Below, one piece after another: positions 57,613 through 64,000 of a stretch of DNA of 64,000 nt; positions within the stretch are counted from its first letter, which is position 1; each line of letters opens with the position of its first letter. This DNA is from Octopus sinensis. Taxonomy: Eukaryota. The notes beneath the pieces are model-generated. The model did not search any database, had not been told where the DNA came from, and was given only the letters and a program-made list of their open reading frames with translations. The stretch covers positions 8,432,001 to 8,496,000 of the forward strand of contig NC_043008.1 in assembly GCF_006345805.1 (NCBI RefSeq), in the 5' to 3' direction. Made by a program: the position numbers and the translations under genes.

Positions 57613-60253
57613 TATATATATATATATATATAAAACCATAGATATATACAGAGATAGAGATATATACATACATACATACATACATACATACATACATACA
57701 CACATACATACATAGACAGAGAGACAGAAAGATATATATATTATATATACATAGATAGATAGATGTTTGTGTGTATTTATGTATTTGCACCTTATAATGA
57801 AAGTGTATACATACGAAAGAAAATCATGATACAGGTTTTAGTGTTTCAGTATTTACAAGTAAAGATATGCTGATGGAAGGCCCTATAGAGAAAACTAAAC
57901 TGCTATTTAACGAAGAAATTACAAAAGCGTGCATTCGGGTTCTGGGTATTGTTACATACAATTCTCCAGTACTCGATGCGTGATATTATGAAATAGTAAT
58001 TGAACATCTTCCAATATTATTTACGAGTGAAACGAATACTTGTAAATTTAATACTACTTCCGTGTTAGTCAATTATGCTGCTGAAGTCTGCCAGCTCCCA
58101 ATGTGAATAGCAACCTGGATAAACACCAGATTTCTTCCAAGTTTGCAATAATGTACGACACTAATCTATGGCTGAAATACGTAGACTTTCCTTAAGACAA
58201 GACAATGATTCCTATCGTTTACTTAGGGTTGGGTGGATGATGGATGAATTGGCAAAAAGAGCAGTTACTGAATACAAGGATACAATTTTACATGTCTATT
58301 TGCATTTTAATTTTAAGCATTTCCTTTTATCATTTTGGTGAAAATCGTATTTGTCATGCTTGGTAGACACCAGTGATTTTATCTATCCAGTAACACTGTT
58401 TAGGTCCCTGCTCAACGAGAAATAACTCTCATACACGCCGACCTTAAATGTTTGCAAAATGCATTGTCCTTCTCTATCAAGCAGTAGTTTCTCACGATTA
58501 TCCACAGTCGAAATACCTTTTGATATATTAATTAAATGATAATAATTGGGGGCCATCTTTATAGAATGGCAAATTCGTGGCTGTGAGGTGAAGCAGGAAA
58601 AGTCCATGTCCTGGAGTTATATAACAGATTCAAGTTTCTGTATCTCACTGCCCAAAACGTTTGCTGTATTTGTACTTTTCTTGATATGGTGCCAAATTAT
58701 GCAACGTTGTTGAACAATATTCTATGAAGTGCACATGTTTTTGAAACGTCGGTCATGCAAACAAACATGTCTGCTGCACAAGAAATGCGGTCCGTAATGT
58801 GCTGCCTGACCTAAAAAGACGATAGTGTTATACAATTTTGTTAAATATTATGACCTTTTCATTCATCTATATATTAGTTTGTAAACATGCGAGGTATATG
58901 AATTCAAACAGTGCTACCGTCTTATATTTTGAAAATTTTCCAGAATCTTATTCAAGGATTTTTGATTGCAGGATAATTGGAGTTGAAATTACAGAGCAAG
59001 TATCCCTCCCTCATGCAACTAATTTATTCTGTGTGTATATTTTAACAAGGCCACAACCACTGTTTTATATTCATTTTTGTTTGTGTTTTTTTCAAATATC
59101 ATCTCTATCGACTTTTCTTTATGCTACCACTCCTTCATTGGCCGTCCTTGGTTTTTATTCTAAATACACTCATTCAATTAAGAAAACAGTTTCTCTCTTG
59201 CTGTTACCATCTTCCTTTTCTGGTAAATAATTATTGTTCATTGCTTGTCTATTTGTTTTCTTAAGTGATACAACAATTATAGCTAAAAAGACTTGTCGAT
59301 CCGCCTCATGGTTTCGACCGACATAATGGGAAAAACGGTGCCCCATAAGATGGATGGGGAGACACGATAGAAAAAAAAACAGGCAGTCCGATTTACAGGA
59401 CTAGCAGTTTCGAATAACCAGCTCTGCACTGAGTAGGGATATATTCCGAGGGCCAAAAATGTCAGAGTTTTTCATGTCCACAGGCTCCACGGCAAATGTG
59501 TCAGAGATCGGCAGATACTTTTAAATTTTGCTCTTCTTGGTTTGATGGAAAGTAAAGCCTTGCCTGGCAGCCCAACACAACAGAGATAGTGTTTCAGCAT
59601 GCAAACTTCCATTTCTGTGTAATTCGGTGTCGAGGAAATTATTTTCTCCCTACTCACCATGCTTAAATACCATAAACATAATGACAACTTGGACTCTCGG
59701 GGACCGAAGTAAAATCGTTTTTATACAAAACCAAAATAATTTGATATATCGCATACGACATTGTCCATCGCCTGAAATATCTTCGATGGGGCGATACTCG
59801 CTGCTTAATTTTTATAACTGATGATATGCAATCATTTTAATCAGCAAAGAAATTGTTTGAAAATCACAGAAAATACCACAGTATTCTAAAAGGTTTAATG
59901 ACATGGTAGGTTGTAAACCTATTCATTCACTTATCCCTCTTTGAATTTACATAATTTTATACATAGATGTAGATAAGTATTCAGATGAATTGGTGCCAAG
60001 AACTATAGAAATTATCATCACCTTTAATAAGGTTACGTAACAACATCTTCTTCAGGTGTTTGTTTACTTCTATTCAAAAATTCGTAAGTTCACCTAGGGA
60101 TTGACCGGTGGAAATGCTTTGCTTTACTGTTTGTATCGAAATGCCTAAATACGGATTTTGATTTTCTCCCTATTCTACTAGCCAAACCATTCGTACGAGG
60201 AATTTGCCAGGATTTATTTAATCCCTGCTTTTACACACACATACACAGGGACC

Positions 60254-60300
<47 letters not shown>

Positions 60301-60660
60301 TGTGTGTGTGTGTGTGTGTACAATTATGTAAAACAATGCAATCATCTCATCGGGGGAAAAAGAGAAACAAAGTTTACAGATATAACGTCAAAGGCAATTT
60401 ATAGAAAGAGAAATATATCTATTTCCACTCCTTTACATTTTACTCCTATTTCCCTATCGCACAATATTTCTCTACTCTAATTTTTCTCCTAATATCTTTC
60501 TCCCCCCTCCTTCTCTATCTATAAATTGCCTTTGACGCTATATCTATTGTTTTTTTTTTAAATAATTTACCAGCGTTTCCTTCATCATATATGCAGTAAT
60601 TTCATTCGGTTAAAATGTCCTATTGATGTGTTTTGTTTCTCATTTTGTGTGTGTGTGTTC

Positions 60661-60740
60661 CTGATGAGAACATTGCGTTGTTTTACACCATTTTATTCCT
60701 TCTGGAATAATACCAATGTTTTCTTCGAAACATATGTCAG
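60661..60740 (+). ncRNA. Hammerhead-like relic
   Basis: CTGATGA-GAACATTG..CAATGTT..C-GAAAC-ATAT-GTC with palindromic ACATATGT. Stem I does not pair. Confidence 0.4.
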
Positions 60741-60825
60741 ATTATAAAGATTTGAATAACACCAGCGTGTAAATCCATATGTGTGTTTGTGTGTTTGTGT
60801 GTTTGTCTGTATGTGTGAATATATA

Positions 60826-60858
<33 letters not shown>

Positions 60859-60908
60859 AGAGAGAGAGAGCTAGACAGGTAGCTAGTTAGTTAGATAGAC
60901 AGGTAGAT

Positions 60909-61033
<125 letters not shown>

Positions 61034-61492
61034 ATAGATAGACAGATAGGTTTCTCGCTTCCTAAATGTAATAAAAAATGTAAGGTGTAAATTGATATTC
61101 AAGGAAAAGAAATCATTTTACATTTGAATGGAGCCTTGACTATATTTTGATTAGTGTACTAACATTCATGAACCAAATAACTGAGAAACAAAACGGCACA
61201 TATTGCGGTTTCCATTTCTTTTTTTTACATGTCGAATTTATATGAATATATTTTGCTTTGCTAACTTTTTCTTACGTGCAAGACAAATACGGCATTTCTT
61301 GTCTGATGTTTTGGATGTGAGCGTTTTATTATAGAATAGCAATTTTATATTCCATTAACATGGTAGACATTTCACCACAGTGATGAAACAAAAAAATATG
61401 TAGATAAATGGAGATAGTAAGATAGAAAGAAATATGCACTCTAAAGAAAAATATCGGTATATCTATCATCTATATATACGTATATATCTATA

Positions 61493-61544
<52 letters not shown>

Positions 61545-61584
61545 CGTACACACACATATATGTAGACGGGCATATATATTCATG

Positions 61585-61661
<77 letters not shown>

Positions 61662-61929
61662 CATGTATCTATAGATGTGCACGTGGGTACATATATGTAT
61701 GCGTATGTGTATGTGTTATGTATGCATTACTGTTCTCTGAACGGATGGAAATATTTTTACTAATGAACAACTGAATATTTAAATTTGTCCTCTCAGCTTC
61801 CGGTAAATATTTAAATACATGCGCTAATGTACATCTAAATTATTAACTATATAAGTTACAAAGTCATCAAAAGTTGTATATATATATATATATATATACC
61901 TATATGCACACACAAATATCATAACTATA

Positions 61930-62092
61930 TAGATCGCTAGCCACTACACATTCTTTATTTTCTCTCCTGTTTCTTTCTGTGTTCCTTTCTGTGGAAGAGT
62001 GTAGGCTCGAAATTTTAAAGACCTTTTCACTTCCCGTGCGTTATACTAATACATCTGTTTGTTATCTACACCACCCGTCTTCACCTTTTGTT
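61930..62092 (+). mobile_element. Solo PLE 3' repeat of a related subfamily, with decayed hammerhead-like motif at 61985-62021
   Basis: ctttCTGTGGAaGAGTgtagGCTCgaaa..aaaga, ending at (TA)n. A short fragment of the same 5' flank lies at ~9190-9230. Confidence 0.7.
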
Positions 62093-62194
62093 ATATATAA
62101 ATAAATAGATAGATAAATAGATATATAGACAGAGAGATAGATAGATATATAGATAGATAGAGAGGTAGATAGATAGATATATAGATAGACATAG

Positions 62195-62265
<71 letters not shown>

Positions 62266-62297
62266 CAGATAGATGATAGATATGCATATATATATTA

Positions 62298-62477
62298 TTT
62301 TACTTGCTTTACTCCTTTGACTGCGGCCATGCTAGAGCACTGCCATTAGTCGAACAAATCGACGCCAGGACTTATTCTTTGTAAGCCTAAAACTTATTCC
62401 ATAGGTGTTTTTTGCCGAACCGCTAGGTTACGGGGACGTAAACACACCAACATCTGTTGTCACGCACACACACACAG

Positions 62478-62511
<34 letters not shown>

Positions 62512-62650
62512 GACGAGCTTCTCTCAGTTTCCATATACCAAATCCACACGCAAGGTAGAAGACACTGACCCAAGGTGCCACTCAGTGGGACTGAACCAGG
62601 AACCATATGGTTGGGAAGCAAGCTTCTTAGCACACAGCCACTCCTGCACC
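62298..62650 (-). mobile_element. SINE family A with internal deletions
   Basis: Family match. Confidence 0.88.
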
Positions 62651-64000
62651 TAATTATGTAAATATATAACGAAATGCTTATGAGCATATATACTTTTAAA
62701 TGAACGTGTGTATATGCGTGTCTAGGTATAGAGAAACATATATTCATAACCATAACTATGTCGCCGTCATCACCAGACATGCAGGCGTAGAGCAGCAGTG
62801 TAAATGAATTTTGCAACATTTTTGTTCTTGTCTCCTCCATGCCGACTTATACAGTACCTGGTGTCTTTCTTCTGTTCTAAATATGTGATTTTTTTTTTTC
62901 CTTTTTTTATCTGATTTTTTATTTTGTGTTCTAAATATGAGTAACACCTGGTATTTAACAAATTAGCATCATACATACCAGATAATAAAACACTAAAATT
63001 TTACAGGTTTACAATGATGATAATACAAACACAGGTATCAAAGAAGGAATTGTACGAACCCTAGAAATTATTCAAGTCGACGAAAGTACATTTCTCACCT
63101 TAATTGGTCTTTATATTTAACTCAAGCATTTCTACTTTGAAGACACCGTGACGGCCAAAGCGGTTAAAACTACTAAGAAAGATTTAATCCAACAGCGAAA
63201 CAGCTGTCGTAACATTTTCTTTTTATACTTTTCTCTTTCTTCCTGTTTTGTTGTTGTTGTTGTTGTAACAACTTTTCTGTCCCAATAGTAATCGTTATTC
63301 TAAATATTTGACTCTAATCGATTTGATAAAATAATTGAAATCCAGCCGAATCTGGCATAACATGTCGGAAACAACGGAAGCAAACGGCTGAGACCATCAC
63401 TGTACTGTCATATAAGTTCTTGTGTAGCTGATTCGACAAGCATGACTCAGGAATATATGCAGCTTAAGAACATTTTAAAACCAGCATTCGAAATATTTTC
63501 CTCAGTTTTTGTAACGAGATTAAAGAAGAAACGCTCTTCTCATGATAAAAAATTTTCAATGACGTTGCTGGAGAACACATAGAATCATACCGTTTTAATT
63601 AATAGAAAATTAATACCTTTGTATAAGTTGCCGCGTTTGTTACAAAAGAAGACATAGGAAAAAAACTGCTGTGCTCGTGCTAATGAATTTACTAAACGAA
63701 AGGAACCCAGGTGGAAAAACTAACCTTGAAGGAAACAACTGCAAAATTCTCTGTCATATTGGATGTTTAACGTTGGTAACAAAATGTAGGGAAAATAATG
63801 AGTTCGCACAGCACGCATTACATATTATGCGAAAAATAACGAAATTCTTGACTCTGAGAGAAAATAATTACTTTGAAGCCTGAAACTCACGACGTTGAGT
63901 GATAAGTTTTGTCATCGTAGAGAAAATTATCTGGTGTGACAGTATGAACCACAAGTTTGTTTTCCAGTCCGCAGGCATTATATCGAGACGGGGGTGAAAA

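Noticed and set aside
60030-60062. CTGAAGA on the minus strand (similar isolated CTGATGA words at ~4312, 46138, 49486 and 54650)
   Set aside because: No downstream stem II-GAAA, so these are not hammerheads.
57840-60200. Higher-complexity stretch with short open frames and a Cys-rich patch near 58750
   Set aside because: There are frequent stops in all frames and no identifiable family. It is probably an ancient TE, and tBLASTx/HMM would be needed.

Overview
This is AT-rich, microsatellite-dense eukaryotic non-coding DNA. The SINE families present look like those of Octopus (inference from recognition, not a database hit). I found no host protein-coding exon, tRNA, rRNA or CRISPR array, and almost every listed ORF is a microsatellite or repeat artefact. 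The window is a mosaic of several tRNA-headed SINE families and decayed transposons: LINEs (R4/Dong, RTE, CR1-like, Tx1/L1-like), Penelope-like elements (PLE), mariner, Tc1, hAT and Helitrons. The most notable signal is about nine hammerhead-ribozyme (HHR)-shaped motifs from roughly five repeat families. These include (i) a tRNA-headed SINE-like element with a HHR-bearing 3' tail and an inverted copy of that tail, (ii) a ~1 kb HHR cluster at 51.4-52.4 kb with a retrozyme-like 302-nt direct-repeat unit, and (iii) a GIY-YIG PLE fragment whose family shares a non-canonical CUGU(U/G)GA core and ends at (TA)n tracts. Two SINE families can be paired with candidate partner LINEs by shared 3' tails within the window. 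Five separate fold-back inversions are also present. All ribozyme calls are hand-folded predictions and have not been tested.
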